Under the pieces are notes generated by a model that did not search any database, had not been told where the DNA came from, and saw nothing but the letters and a program-made list of their open reading frames with translations. DNA of 64,000 nt, from positions 22,134,001-22,198,000 of the forward strand of contig NW_025963835.1 in assembly GCF_023055435.1 (NCBI RefSeq). Reading direction: 5' to 3'. The DNA is from Haliotis rufescens. Taxonomy: Eukaryota. Below are positions 12,168 to 25,392 of the stretch, one piece after another; within the stretch, counting starts at the first letter, position 1; every line of letters begins with the position of its first letter. The position numbers were made by a program, and so were the translations under genes.

Positions 12168-14748
12168 TTAGCAAGTAGAGGGAACAATGCACTTTTTGAA
12201 AGAACAAAGCATGAAGCAAACCGTGGTTATTTCTGTGGCTAATTTGGTTTCTGAACTGTTAAGAGGTTCAGTAAGTATTTTGAATGTTTTTGCCAGACCA
12301 ATAATACGTTCAATGTGAACTCTTTTGCTTGATATTTTCCTATCACGCATAACAGTCTTGCCAGACATACGGTTTTTCTTTGAGAAGAATGTTGGCATAT
12401 TAATGGTAACATCTTTTGGTGCAAAAATATCTTGTACGTTGAAACCTTTATCGGCCATAATACTATCTCCTGGGTCACACATCACTGTCAAACCACTACG
12501 CTCTACTATTTGACGATCACTTGTGGAGCCACCATACGCAGGAGACACGATGCGCAGGAGACACATACGACACAAGACCACCTGGTGTGGATCCAACAAG
12601 TATTTTGATAGTATTTCGATTTTTATACGTTGAGTAGGTAGACTGCTGAGCTATGGGGCGTTTTGGTTTCTGGATAGGGCATTCAGTACCATCAATGATA
12701 ATTCGTGTGGATGGAAATTTGGATTTGAAATCAGAAGGACAAAAATAATGCACTAAGTCTCGTTCTGGCCAGTTATCAAGCTCACTCCACTGTCTATACA
12801 TAAAATTTACCCAGGTGATCCATACATTTAATACAGTTTTCTCTGAAATTCCAAAATGAAGACCAAGTTCAAAGTTAGTCTTATGTCGGCGCAGTTTCAT
12901 AAGTGTTAAAAGCAATTGATTTTCCACACTGTTGTCATACTGTCAACTTTGCTGTACAAATAATTTAGGTGATATGCACACGGACCCAAACTTGCAAGTA
13001 CAAAGGTGAAGTCTGTATAGTTTGACAGTCCTGTATAAAACAAAATTGCTGCAGCATTAAACATAATACTTTGTAATGAAAGCATTGGAAATTTGTCCGT
13101 CTGAGCTGATGTACTTTCATATTCAACCTCTGCACTATCTGCAGAACAAATGTTTAAGTCGGTATTCATGTCATCAAACTCAACACTGTCAATTATTTCC
13201 TCCCCAGCTACCTCACTCATATCACATTCAATATCACAATCTGTATCCATTGCTTTAAATGTCCTCTTTTGGCTCTCACGTCTTTCAATGCGGGATTTCC
13301 GTAATCCCCCATCGGCCTCAAGTGCGTTGGCTGATGCAGTCCAGGGAAAGATTGATGGTACAGCATCTGGTTTTCTCTGTTTCCTCAGAGGTGTACACCC
13401 TGGGGAAAACAGCAGTAGATTATTATTTTCCAAACAGATATTGTGCAATCTTTTTACTACCAGTTGTGAGATAGCTTTTTATGATTAGATTTAAGTTAAT
13501 TTGTAGGGAAAGAAAAAAATTCTATGGGCACGATATGTTTTGTCACATTATGAACATAATAGTGATACACATCAATACATTAGAAAAGTAAACAAACATT
13601 TAAATTAAGGAAAATTATGATATAAATTAGCTGACAATTTTCGTAGATATAGTCTCAACATTACATACATCTAATGCCTGATACAGAGAAGTGTCTTCAA
13701 GTTCAACACGTACACATGACACTTTTCTGACAAATACACATCAAAAGTGAACAAACATGAACCTGTATTCTTGAATCATCTGTGCCTCATCTCTGTGGAA
13801 AACAAGCACCTGCAGGAAAATGTAACATGACGCATTAAAGGCAAAAACGTCAAATATGTGTTGACATTCCTGGTAATCATCAATTCAACAAATTAAAGAA
13901 GAAAACTAAGAAGGGTTATGGTCAAACATCAACAACTTCATCAACGGGAATATAATGGTGGTAAACAGGGTTTTACCTTAATTAACTGGGTATGCACTAG
14001 ACCCCTAGTAATTGATTTCAAAGGCCCTTGCATGAAATATATGAGGGTCAAACCTAAACATCACCATGATCACTGACTGGCAAAAAAATGGCTGCTATAG
14101 TAAGGCCTAAATGACACATTATTTCTATCTTGGTTTTAAAAAAACAATGAAATATACTCATAGGTTCACATTCAAACACACACAAACGTGATTACATTAG
14201 AATTAGCCAATACTCAAATTTACTCGCCTACTCTGACAGGAGGGAACTAAAATTATTGTGAAAAAAATCACACACTTCGAAGTTTTAAGAATCTTTACTC
14301 AATTTAACTCAATGACAAAATCAAACTATCTGTGAAAATAAGTGTGTCCCGCGGGACGGAACATATTCTATTTTGTCTGCGTCCATTCTTCACATTTCTG
14401 CATACTGGATACACATTTCTGAGTCACGTAAAACCCTCTTCGTAATTTCAATGCAAGAAAATAAAACAAATATAATTGGCATGCACGTTAATTAAATCTG
14501 CCAACGAATAGAAACATAACAAGTTACCCAAATATCTTACCATAACTAGTTACAGCAATGAAATCAGACGGTCTGAAGTGGGAATGACACACAACACTGT
14601 GAGGTGACAGTTTCCACATCTTGCCTTGGTTTGATTCGTCGCTCCTCCGAATAGCAATCAACCATCGTTTCAGCAACATGGGTTCTCTCGGAAACGACAA
14701 ACCACCTCGATTGCAGCATCCCGGGACACAGCAGCACGTCGAAGGCAT
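12168..14748 (-). pseudogene. ISL2EU transposase: THAP - HTH_Tnp_4 - DDE_Tnp_4 (Harbinger-like); exons 14748-14541 and 13399-12168; two frameshifts
   Basis: THAP CCVPGC..FP..W..VCHSHF spliced in phase 1 to ..DAVPSIFPW. HTH NQLLLTLMKLR..ELGLHFGISE. Catalytic IIDGTE, MADKGF, RVHIERIIG. Frameshifts near 12930 and 12550 (16-nt insertion). Confidence 0.88.
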
Positions 14749-16430
14749 CGTAAATACTTCGTTGTAGTTGTTGGTCGTGCAAATATCTATGAACCGCGTA
14801 ATATACCGGAAGTACGCGCAGGACCGTAGCGTTTGGCGCCATCTTTTGGCGAAGTAGTAAAGGGGCATAACTGAGGAATGTTGGCCATACTATCACCAAT
14901 GTTCTGCTCGTGCAAACGTAACCAAATCCATAAATGTCAAGTAAATGTTTAATATGAGTTGCCCAAGTAATTCTATCACATTCATCCAGCTCCTTCATTG
15001 TGAATAACATTGTCGGGGATATCTGTCATCATTCATTCTAATTGGTTTATACCAGCATTTAATAGTCTTCATATTATAATCCATTATAATTTCCATAAAC
15101 CGAACACAAATAAGGCCGTAGTTGCATTAATGCGCTGAACAATAAACTAATTTTGTTTGTTGTTCTTTTGTGTTAAAGATTAAAAAGACACCCTGTAAAG
15201 TCATACCTTCAACGTACTTATTTAGAAGAATTGACTTCATATGTAGCCTCAGGTACAAATATGCAAATATTTCAGTGTACACGTAATTGACACTTACGTT
15301 TGTGCGGATGTGTTACATTTATGAACATAAACGAAAAGACATAAAGACTGTTCCCTGAATACATACTGCAAGTATTGATCGATAACAATAATATATAGTT
15401 ATTTAATATTTCGACAAACAGACAGCTCATAATCTCTCAATGATAGTGTTTACTTTCACAGATATAGATAGTGAAGCCTAATTCGTTGAGGTCACAAATC
15501 ATAATTAATGAGGATATCATACTACATAAAAAGGAAGTAATAACGAAATGGATGGGCGTATCACACATGTGAATTAGTCCCCAGATTCAAGCATTCATGA
15601 CTCATGGTGTGCCATTAATAATCAAGTGCCAGCATATATGATGAAAACTGAAATTTGATACATGTTTGTTTGACGTCATGACTTGTTTTATGTCTTTGGA
15701 GATGTGGCATTGAGACAAGACGACAGTGGTATATTGATAAATATTATTATATATTTCATCAACTTTCGTTCAACTGAAATAAAACAACCTGGATGTGTAA
15801 AACAGAATTTGAAACTTTTTCGGCAACATTAAATTACGACTATATCATGTAAGTAATGTCTTTGAAAAAACAAGTTCGTTTATGTTAATTTCATAACATG
15901 CGTAATTGTTATATATAATTAGACATTAATATAATTACATGCAAATTTGTTTCTAAAAAGCCTATTGTTAATATCGGACGTATGTGTTTAATTAGAATGT
16001 GTTTATTCTCTTCAATTTGTCTCTGTATTTTACATTTTTTAAGAATAAAATATGATTAATTTTGTTATTTAAGCATTGACGTGCATGCACCGACGTTTAT
16101 ACAGTTTGACCCTTGCTCTATGTAAGCCCATCCTCACACAAAGTGTCAAATTGAATTCTTATCATTCTTTTATTTCACTATTTTATACCTCGAAGGATGT
16201 GTACACATCTTCAAATAGTAGGTCATGTTAACACTGGCCACCGTAAACCAACCAGCTGCATCTTGGAGAAATAGTTTCTCAAAAGAAGTGAGATGAGCGT
16301 ATGTATGCTCAAAATGTTCCACAGTAACATCGTTTGTAGTTTGGTTACAACATACATTTATAAATGTAAAGGGTATTAACGTCGCTTTCCAGATTATTGT
16401 ACTGAAAAAGCTACGTGCGTGCATTTATGC

Positions 16431-16485
<55 letters not shown>

Positions 16486-16998
16486 GCTCCTTGTACTGCT
16501 CCTGTGGCTCCTTTGGACCAATGCCGATGTCATAGAGCTAGGACACTGAGATACCATGACGGAAAGTTCACTTCGGCAATCATGTTTGCGGCTTATTTCT
16601 AAAACGGACTGAATGATTCTTTGGTTCGTGGTGACGTTTCAAATTGTTGTCTTGACAAATCAGATGTCAGTGATCTCGACTCAATCCCGGATAATCACAG
16701 AAAAACACATCTGCAGCAGAATTCAGAAACTATGAAGTGCGTTTAATGTGCATGGTGTTGAATATGTTCTATTTGACCTCAAAGACATACATGTCCCTGT
16801 GGCATTCAGGGGATAGCGGTCTGTCAAACATTATCGTGCCCTGTCAGCTTGACATGGTACGAACACCAACTTGGCGCACGTCGATGTCTGGGATTCCATT
16901 ACGTGTGGCAGCTGAGGGACACAGTCCCGTCAAGTGAATTGCATGTTGTACTTCCTTTTCACATGATAATACTGTTAAAACAGGAACGTTCTGCATTA

Positions 16999-17203
16999 TT
17001 TGTTTGTTGTTTGAATCCTCACTCAGCAATATGCCAGCTGTATGATGGATGTCTGTAAATAATCGAGTCTGGACCAGACAGTCCAGTGATTGACACAATT
17101 AGCATCGATGTACGCAATTGGGATACGATGACATGCACCAACCAAGTCAGCGTGTCTGACCACCCGATCCCATTAGACCTATTCTGACCCGGATCTTCAC
17201 GAC
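16999..17203 (-). mobile_element. SINE family 2, just upstream of the A microexon
   Basis: Counterpart of 39346-39554; absent from C. Confidence 0.75.
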
Positions 17204-17262
17204 AGGCAGGCAGGCAGTACGTGTACATGGGACACACATACTGATTAATATCTTTGTTTCAG

Positions 17263-17304
17263 TGATGGCGATGGACCGGAGCATCTGTGACCAGGAGATA
17301 ACAT
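17263..17304 (+). CDS. TRIM copy A, 42-nt microexon (VMAMDRSICDQEIT)
   Basis: tttcag|...|gtaaga; symmetric phase 1-1, open frame, conserved in B, C and D. Confidence 0.8.
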
Positions 17305-17533
17305 GTAAGATCTGCGTCCTTGACTCAATGATGTTACAGTATATTATTCATTGGTTTTGACATTCATTCGTGTGTTGAGTTCGATAGGTTCGACGGCTTT
17401 CGAGATTTAAACGAGCGTAAAACGCAGTGTCAGTCAATGTTAAAGTATAGAAGCTATGACAGGATTTGCGTTAGCGTTGTTCCATGCAGGAGTTTCTTGG
17501 GTTTTCAATGTTATGTATAAAAAATATACAAGA

Positions 17534-17705
17534 GAGTGAGTGAGTGAGTGAGTAGAGATTGACGCCACTTTTAGATATGTTCCAGCAATATCACGGCGGG
17601 GGACACCAAAAATGGACTTCAGACATTGTACCCATGTGGGGAATCGAACCCGGGCCTTCGGCGTGAAGAGCGAACGCTTTAACCACTAGGCTACCCGACT
17701 ACCCC
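17534..17705 (-). mobile_element. tRNA-derived SINE, family 1
   Basis: Same consensus; paralogous copy at 39905-40073. Confidence 0.85.
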
Positions 17706-17891
17706 AATATATAGAAGAAGAACGCTTATGCCATTTGAAATTGATATAACGCTTCTTATAAATGTCTATGATAACTTGTAACTTTCTTTTTCTGGTTGGT
17801 AGATGGTAGTGTCTTGTGAATTAGGAAGTTAAAGTGTTATACACTTCAACAAGATGTGTTGGTATTTATTATGGACGTTTTCTTCCGACAG

Positions 17892-18523
17892 GCCCGACTC
17901 TGGAATGGGACTCAAGCACTGCTCATAACTATATTGACGTGTCTGAATGTGTAATCACAAACACCACCTCAGCCGCCCCTTCTCCTGACACAGGATGTCG
18001 GATACAAAATATCTATTCATGTCTGGCATCAAGGCCTTTAATGGTTAAAAACTGTCAAGCCCAGCGATGCATGTATCGCGTAAAGTTTCGGGTTTGTGTA
18101 AAGGAATTGATAGAAGATAAGAAACTTATACAAGAGATTGCCCTGACCCCCACCCCTGTAGATGCTGCCTTGAATCAACTCACTGGACTGAGTGTACGTG
18201 TTTCTACATGCCCCAACCACAAGTAGCAGCTGTGTCTCTGTGTGGGCTATAATAGCACCCTCCTCACTGATCGCCCTCTCATTCAGAACAGAGTTGGACA
18301 ATCTATTGACCTACAACTGTGTTTTCTAATGGATGGGGCTAATGACAAAATATTAGTTATTGATGCCGGTGATAACACAGTGTACACCACCGTCACAGAT
18401 GTTGCTTTTGACAGACCAATGTGGGTCATGATGTATGTTGGTAATCCCGCAACATCAGATGGAAGAGGAGAACTGATTACAGGCCACAACATCACAGGAA
18501 CCTTCGCCAACTACAATCATTAG
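17892..18523 (+). pseudogene. TRIM copy A, last exon: divergent PRY/SPRY (B30.2)-like domain with premature stop at 18224-18226
   Basis: Acceptor ttccgacag; same 632-nt length as the B and C last exons; CAG(Q) of B is TAG here; ORFs 17834-18226 and 18242-18523 are in the same frame. Confidence 0.85.
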
Positions 18524-18682
18524 ACTAGTTTCCACTATCCACAACAATCACACACTCCATGTAACATGCAATGTATAAAAGCACAGCTCAGTAAAATAAT
18601 ATGTATGCCTTTGACACATTATCAACTTGTGTACATATGTAAAAACACGTTTGATTTACATATTTAATACAAATATTAATGT

Positions 18683-18930
18683 AACCGTGACGATCCGGTT
18701 TAGAATCCTGCTTGCCGTAAGAGGCGACTATGCTTGTTGTAAGAGGCGACTAAAGGGATCGGGTGGTCAGGCTCGCTGACTTGGTTGGTGCATGTCATCG
18801 TATCCCAATTGCGTAGATCGATGTTCATGACAACAATCACTGGATTGTTTGGCCCAGACTCGATTATTTTCAGACCGCCGTCATATAGCTCGAATATTGC
18901 TCATTGCGACGTTAAACAACAAACAAACGA
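18683..18930 (+). mobile_element. SINE family 2
   Basis: Matches 56769-57040; counterpart at 41032-41278. Confidence 0.8.
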
Positions 18931-21900
18931 GCAAAGCAAATCCGAATGAATTTTGAAACCATAATAATGCAACACGGCTGATGTTCAGTACTTTTCCTTA
19001 GTATCTTACTGTCGCAAAACATTAAGCGGCAAAGTGGACATTATTTGAACGCAGACTAGAATAACAAAGTTAATGACTGAATATTCTCACGCTAGCATAA
19101 ATTGCGTCTTACCTTCGAAGAGTGTAATGTTTTACAATCATATCAATTCTCATTTACCGATTATCGCATGCTGACCATGGCAAATACTATTTCAAGTAAA
19201 CATGACACCGTGGTGTAGTTGCTGTGGCCCATTATGAATGTATACACACATTTAGGTTAACAGTACTATCCCGAGAGCAATATAGAATTGACAGCAACTA
19301 TAAAAGTCCTGACAAAAAAGTCTTCGTTGAAATCATTTAAGCATTGCCATTGTCAACGTGTGGCAATAATTCATGGGAGATAACTCGTGTGGTACTACTG
19401 AGTAGGGCACCACCACATCTCTATCCCCGCTCCATATCGATACATCCTCGCCTGTAATCAACTCATTTGAACAGTCCCGTGATATTTGTTATTACCATGT
19501 TTAACTGCAATTGTAAAAAGCCCGCATTTGTGCATTTTCATTTTTTAGACATGATTATGTACTTTTTCATCTGACATCATGTTCTCTACTTCGACCAATG
19601 TTTATGATGTTCACAAAGGACTACGTCATTTAATGTCAGCGAGTTCGTTATATATAAAGCTATGTCAGTCATGTCACGTCATCTGAGTAAGTAAAATACC
19701 TCCAAGGTAAGGGCTGGACTGAAAATTATATTTTGATTAGGGTTTTTATGACTCGGGGCACGGGCTGCTCAGTCGACATAGACGGGACATAGCCAGGTGG
19801 CCGTGCTTTCCTATTTCATACTTAGATTAAGGTTCTTGGTTTATGAGTAATATTTCCGTGATTAAGGTTTTCATTCATCATTTAGCCGACGTGCTCTTAT
19901 TTTAACTGAGCTATTGCTCAAAGGAACGGTAAACCTTACACACTCCAACCCAAATTACTTTGACGACACAATAATGATGGCTAACTTCACCTAGTACATC
20001 CACTCGTGAAATATGAACATGTTTTCCTCTCTGTGTGGTTATGTGGGATGGGGTGAGTTTGGTTAGGATGGGGTGAGGTTGAGGTGGGTGGGTTTGGGTT
20101 TGGGGTTGGGTATGGGGAGTTAGTCGTATTCAATGATACCTTTTCGAATGGTAGTTTTTAAGTGACTTCGCCCCTTGTATAATATCACAGGAAAGAAATC
20201 ATCTGGTAAAATGATGTGGTCATGTTATTCTCTGTGGAATTATTATTCAAAGTTCTTTCCGCATTGGTTAATCAGTATCAGCAGTCATAATTTATGTTTC
20301 TATTGTCTACAATGTATGACGTGTCTGCCTTGTTTCCTTAAGACATTGGTATGAATATTTCTTGCAGAAAATAGAACCCAAGAGCCTCATAAGTATTAAT
20401 GTTGTATACTTGCTGTGTAGTCGAACACTACTTACGTTAATGCTGCTGTACATAGCGCGCGCGCGTGTGTGTGTGGATTGTTCCTTATTGTGAAAGATAT
20501 ACACTTATTATACATTTAAGATGTCACCATGAAATGTCTTAAAGTGTTCATTTATTGTGAAGTTGTGCAAGTGTATACAGCAATTCCCAATGTTAGTATT
20601 ATCTAGATATGTATATTCGTATTATGATGTTATATTAACTGGATTATGAATGAAAAAGTGAAGTGCAACATATAGGTTATGTTGCAATGTTTTGAATGGG
20701 GCTTCAAAATTGCTTGAATTTGTGTGAGAAACATCGTCATTTAAAATATAAACTTACCCTGTTTTGAAATTTGATGTAGTCCCCCTGTAGAGGAGATGCC
20801 TCTTACTTTAATTTGTAACCGAGTGCTTTACACGAACCAAGATCTATGATGTGGTTTCACATTAACCTGTTGATTTATTGGGAATGATCCTGTTAGTGCA
20901 ACGTGATTGCCAATGGAACTGGAACAGCCGCAATTTAGGCTGCAGATGAGTGACACGACACGAGTGATTTGTGACCTGTCAGTTTCAAGATTTCACGGCA
21001 TTCGACGCCAATATTTGAAAGAAATGTGACAGTTTTGGTTCTGACACAGAGGTTCTGTATAATTAGTGAGAAAACGCTACATTCACCATGATCTATCGTT
21101 AGTTTCGCCCTATGAATTAGTGTCCTGTGTCAACTATGTATACGCTCATAGGCTTCAAACATTCCATTGATGCACTGAGTGCATCTGCTGAAATGTCAAC
21201 AGTCAAGGCTGGTGAAAAATAATCGTGTGAAGATAATTATTTCCACCCTTGACATCCAGACTAGGCCTATTTTGGAAGATTGACCGTTGTTGCTTCAAGG
21301 TAAATATTAATGTCAATGACTTTATTGCTCTCACATATACTTTTGTGGATTTTGTACTACCACTATAGTGTGTCCACCCGTTGTAATTACTTTGCAGTAA
21401 TTTGTACCGATTTGTAAACTTAGTTAATTCTATATGACAGTTGTTGATTGTATAGCATTTCTTTGCCTTTTGTTTTTGGTATGCCGTCTGTGACAGTTTA
21501 ACTCAAACTGATATTTTCAACTTTAGCCAAACTATTGTTAACAAGGAGATAAGTACATATCTAAATATGCTACCAGTGACAAAGTCGAGGAACTGACGTC
21601 TTTGCACGCGGAGAAAACAATCAAGTAAAGTTCAAGGAATTGCTTCATGCATGAAGTCGCTGAGGTCAAATATCGCATTTCCATGATAATACATCAAACG
21701 TTTTGAATGATTGCGGAAACCTAACTTCACACATCTGAAAGAGAATATTTTATATTGAATCTGTTTTTTTACAGTTTTATTGTATATACCTTTTTTATGA
21801 TTGCAAAGATTATTCCTGTGGCTATACGGCTGAAATTTTGACGAAATGATGTTGTGTAACACAATCACTAACTGAAACAGGAACGCGACTATTGAGATAA

Positions 21901-22559
21901 CCTACAACGATAACATCAAACCCTATTGTAATAACTAACCTGGCCGTCTATGTGAGCATTGTCAAAACCTGTCAGTTCTCGTGTGTTTGACACATGTGCA
22001 GGGCTGTAGGTCACCAGATCCACTTTCTTACCTCTTACGAGCCGCATAGACTGCAAGTGACCAAACATAACCGGGAACTAGATGTTTTAGAATCAATGCA
22101 GAAACTGATCATTGTTTTTGAAAGGAAAGGGCATTGTTATACAGGATATATGAAGTCTACTGGTATAAGTATATTTAAGCCTCGCTTAATTGGATATGTG
22201 TTAAATGCTTCTTCAAAACCGATGTTAAACTGTTCGTGCTTGTGAATTATGTTACCTTTCTTTTGCCTCACATCATCAATACCCCACGGGCTTGACAGCA
22301 CTGCATTCTTCTATATGAAGCAATGTCAACACACATCGTTCTTTACTATAAGGTAGCAATATAGTGTAAAGACGGAATATATAAATATTTAAAAGCACAA
22401 ATATATTGGCATACAAATATATATAACTATAAATAATAAATACACATATATATTTGTGTTAGTTTTAAGCCACACACAAACCTACAAACATATGAGGCTA
22501 TGACAATGCGAGCATGTTATTGATTTTACCATGTAACCTGCCAAACATAGCACTGACCA

Positions 22560-24673
22560 AAGATAATAGAACTTCAGGACAGAAGACGGATCCTTGTCAG
22601 ACATTGAAGGCTTTTTTAGCAATGGTTTTAAACTCACTAACGAGGCCGTAGAGTCAACTAAACAACTGCTAAACAAGGTAACGTCTTCTTTGGACAACCA
22701 CACAGCAGATGAGGAGTAGAGCTGACCAGACATCTACAAGTTACGACATCATCGGCTTCTTCTTTCAAAAGGATGTTGCAGGAGTCTCACATTGAGAAAC
22801 AATATACGAGGACAGGCGTAGGCTTTGTACCTGCCAACCTGACCCACCTTTCCTCCGCAATCCAGGGAGCAGGACTGATAAGGTCAGTCACGTACTTCCC
22901 AACACAGAGGCCGGGATATGTACCAGGGGCTGACAGATACATTGCAATCACACTGACACCTGCAGAATTTCAAAAGGGTAAATTAATTTTTATTATGTAC
23001 ATGTATGTAAAAATATCTATAAAATGTTATTGTCGACATGAGGTAGCTGTGGTTCGACAGTTTGTGATGACTACTGTCCCACGTCTGCTTATAATGACTT
23101 AAGTTTATAACTAAATGTAAACGGTTGGATATATTCATTATTATAGTGTGTTTGGGTATGTTGTAGTGAAACTAACATTTAGTTTTAAATAGATAAAGGT
23201 ATATCATAATCTTTAGTTCGACAGTTGGTCTATTTCATTTCTTAGTTACATTGTAATCTGTTTAAGTCGCTGATGTGGACAAGACGATTTCCAGTGGAGA
23301 TGAAGCCATTTCATGTGAGATGTCATGTATTTAAGCTCCAACTTATCTTACTCATGTGCCCATCAACATAAGGGGCACCGCTTGACCTGTGATGTAAGGC
23401 TCCTGTGCGGATTTCCGTAGACGGTTATGCCAAAGTCTGTAGATGATTGGTTTGAATCAAAATTGAACCTTGACTATGACTCTTTGTTTGTCTACATCAT
23501 ACGCATCCTCATCGGTTTCACAAGCACCAGATGCTTGCCGTAAGAGGCGACTAACGAGATCGGGTAGTCAGGCTCGCTGACTTGTTTTCTGTTTGTCATA
23601 ATATCCCAATTGCGCAGATCGATGCTGGTCCAAACGCGAATATTTACAGACCGCCTTCATATAACTGGCGGCGTTAAATAACAAACAGACAAAAAATCCC
23701 AAGCTACAGATAGTCGTGGAAGTTCGATGGATAGATGAAGGACATTAAAAAAAACCCATATAACTGTTCATATGATTTGCTTTGTCTTGTACTATATATT
23801 TCGTTGAAATGAAATGTCACTTTTTTTACTTGAAGGAATAATACATGGGAGGTGGAAAATACATATTTCGTCTTGTATCATTTTAATAAAAACATTCTCA
23901 GTTATGAGGCGACTGTCAACTTGAATGGGTGTTATGTTATACTGATTCAATAATGTGTATTTGTGAATGAGACTTACAATGAATGTGTTTTGTGTTATTA
24001 GTTCGTCTCTTGTTTCCTCCCTAGGTCCGCACCTTGAATGGCACTGCAGTACAGCGAGTGACGACATCACTGTATCTGATACTTTGGTAACAAATGAAAA
24101 GCCCAAGACTCCGCCCAAAGACATAGAATGTCGAAAAAGGTCGTGGAGACGTCTGTTGACATCAAGACCTTTGGTTATCAGAGGTGGAAGCCGAGAGATG
24201 TTTCTGGTGAAAGTCAGCTTCTCTTTGAAAAAAGGGTCACTGAGAAAAGAAGCATGGTGTTTGAGACAGCAATGATTGCCAACCCCGCAGATACTTGCTG
24301 GAACCAATCAACTGGACTGAGTGTACGTATCATAGGATGTCCAAAGCATAAGCACCAGCTTTGTCTCTGGGTGAGGTTTGATGGCAAACTCCTCTCTGAT
24401 ATACCTATTGTTTGCAATCAAATTGGTAAGGCAGGTGCCTTACATCTAGACACTCTACTGGGCGGTAGGAGCAGTAAGATTTATGTTGTTGACATTGGCA
24501 ACACTACAGTGATTCAGTCTGTGACTGACACTGTGTGTGAAAGAACATTCTGGGTCATGGTGTATCTAGATGCATCCCAAGATTCAAACATGACGTGTGA
24601 ACTAATATCAGGTCAAAACCTTACACTATCAGAAGGAATGACCCAGTTGTTATCTCTGAAGGGAAATGACTAG
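22560..24673 (+). pseudogene. TRIM copy D: 5'-truncated divergent pseudogene (exon-1 tail to 22977, microexon 23267-23314, last exon 24025-24673)
   Basis: RTGVGFVPANL..AGLIRSVTYFPTQRP..ITLTPAEF matches the exon-1 ends of A, B and E. RING and B-boxes are missing. Frameshifts at ~22590-22740 and in the A-run near 24230. Last exon reads PHLEW..TGLSVRIIGCPKHKHQLC..FWVMVY. Confidence 0.85.
23533..23692 (+). mobile_element. SINE family 2 (partial)
   Basis: Core and tail present. Confidence 0.7.
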
Positions 24674-25223
24674 ACGGTGAATAAACGCGTAAAACATCAT
24701 CAGAGGGGATGGTCTCCAGGACCCGACGTCCATAGTGAAAGAATAAAGAGTTCGTGATCATTCCTCCCGTACAGATCTCAGCGACCATTGTGTGCATCCC
24801 ATCCTTCCTTGCTCACCCGAAAGGCTCGAACCATATTGTATGTCTTAAATTCAACTCTACTATTTTTTATGTCCGATGTGGAAGGACACGTGAAGAAAAT
24901 GATGGCGATGTAATTCCTTGTTTTAACTTTTCTTTATGTTCCCGCGTTTGTGCAGGTGAACTCTTGAATTACTTTTGCATGTGTTTGTGACGGGTGCCAC
25001 TGGTGGACCTGGATGCTCTTACCTTACGTGTACACTTCGTATCATCACTAAGTGATGGTGATTCATAGACACCTGCTCATGATATAGTCGGAATCGTACA
25101 ACAGACTTTGCCTTTAAGCAGAGATTTCTTTTGATTCTGTAAAGGCTTTTGTCGCTAAATACGCAATGCTGATAGTTCTTAATATATCTTTACAGTACTG
25201 CTAGATTGATTCTTTAATTTTAA

Positions 25224-25392
25224 GAGTGAGTGAGTGAGTATGGTTTTAAGCCGCTTTTAGCAATATTCCAGCAATATCATAGCGGGGGACACCAGAAATG
25301 GGTTTCACACATTGTACCCATAGCGGGAATCGAACCCGGGTCTTCGGCGTGACGAGCGAACGCTTCAACCACAAGGCTACCCGACCACCTCC
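25224..25392 (-). mobile_element. tRNA-derived SINE, family 1
   Basis: Near-consensus copy. Confidence 0.85.

Larger units (their letters stand above)
6545..14886. mobile_element. Full-length ISL2EU-type (PHIS superfamily) DNA transposon, 8342 bp, defective
   Basis: TIRs GGCAAACATTCCTGGAGTTGCGCCCCTT (6545-6572) and revcomp GGCCAACATTCCTCAGTTATGCCCCTT (14860-14886). AT TSD at 6543-44 and 14887-88. Empty site tatccaATactatc at ~33005-33018 in B. Convergent DDE and YqaJ genes. Confidence 0.9.
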
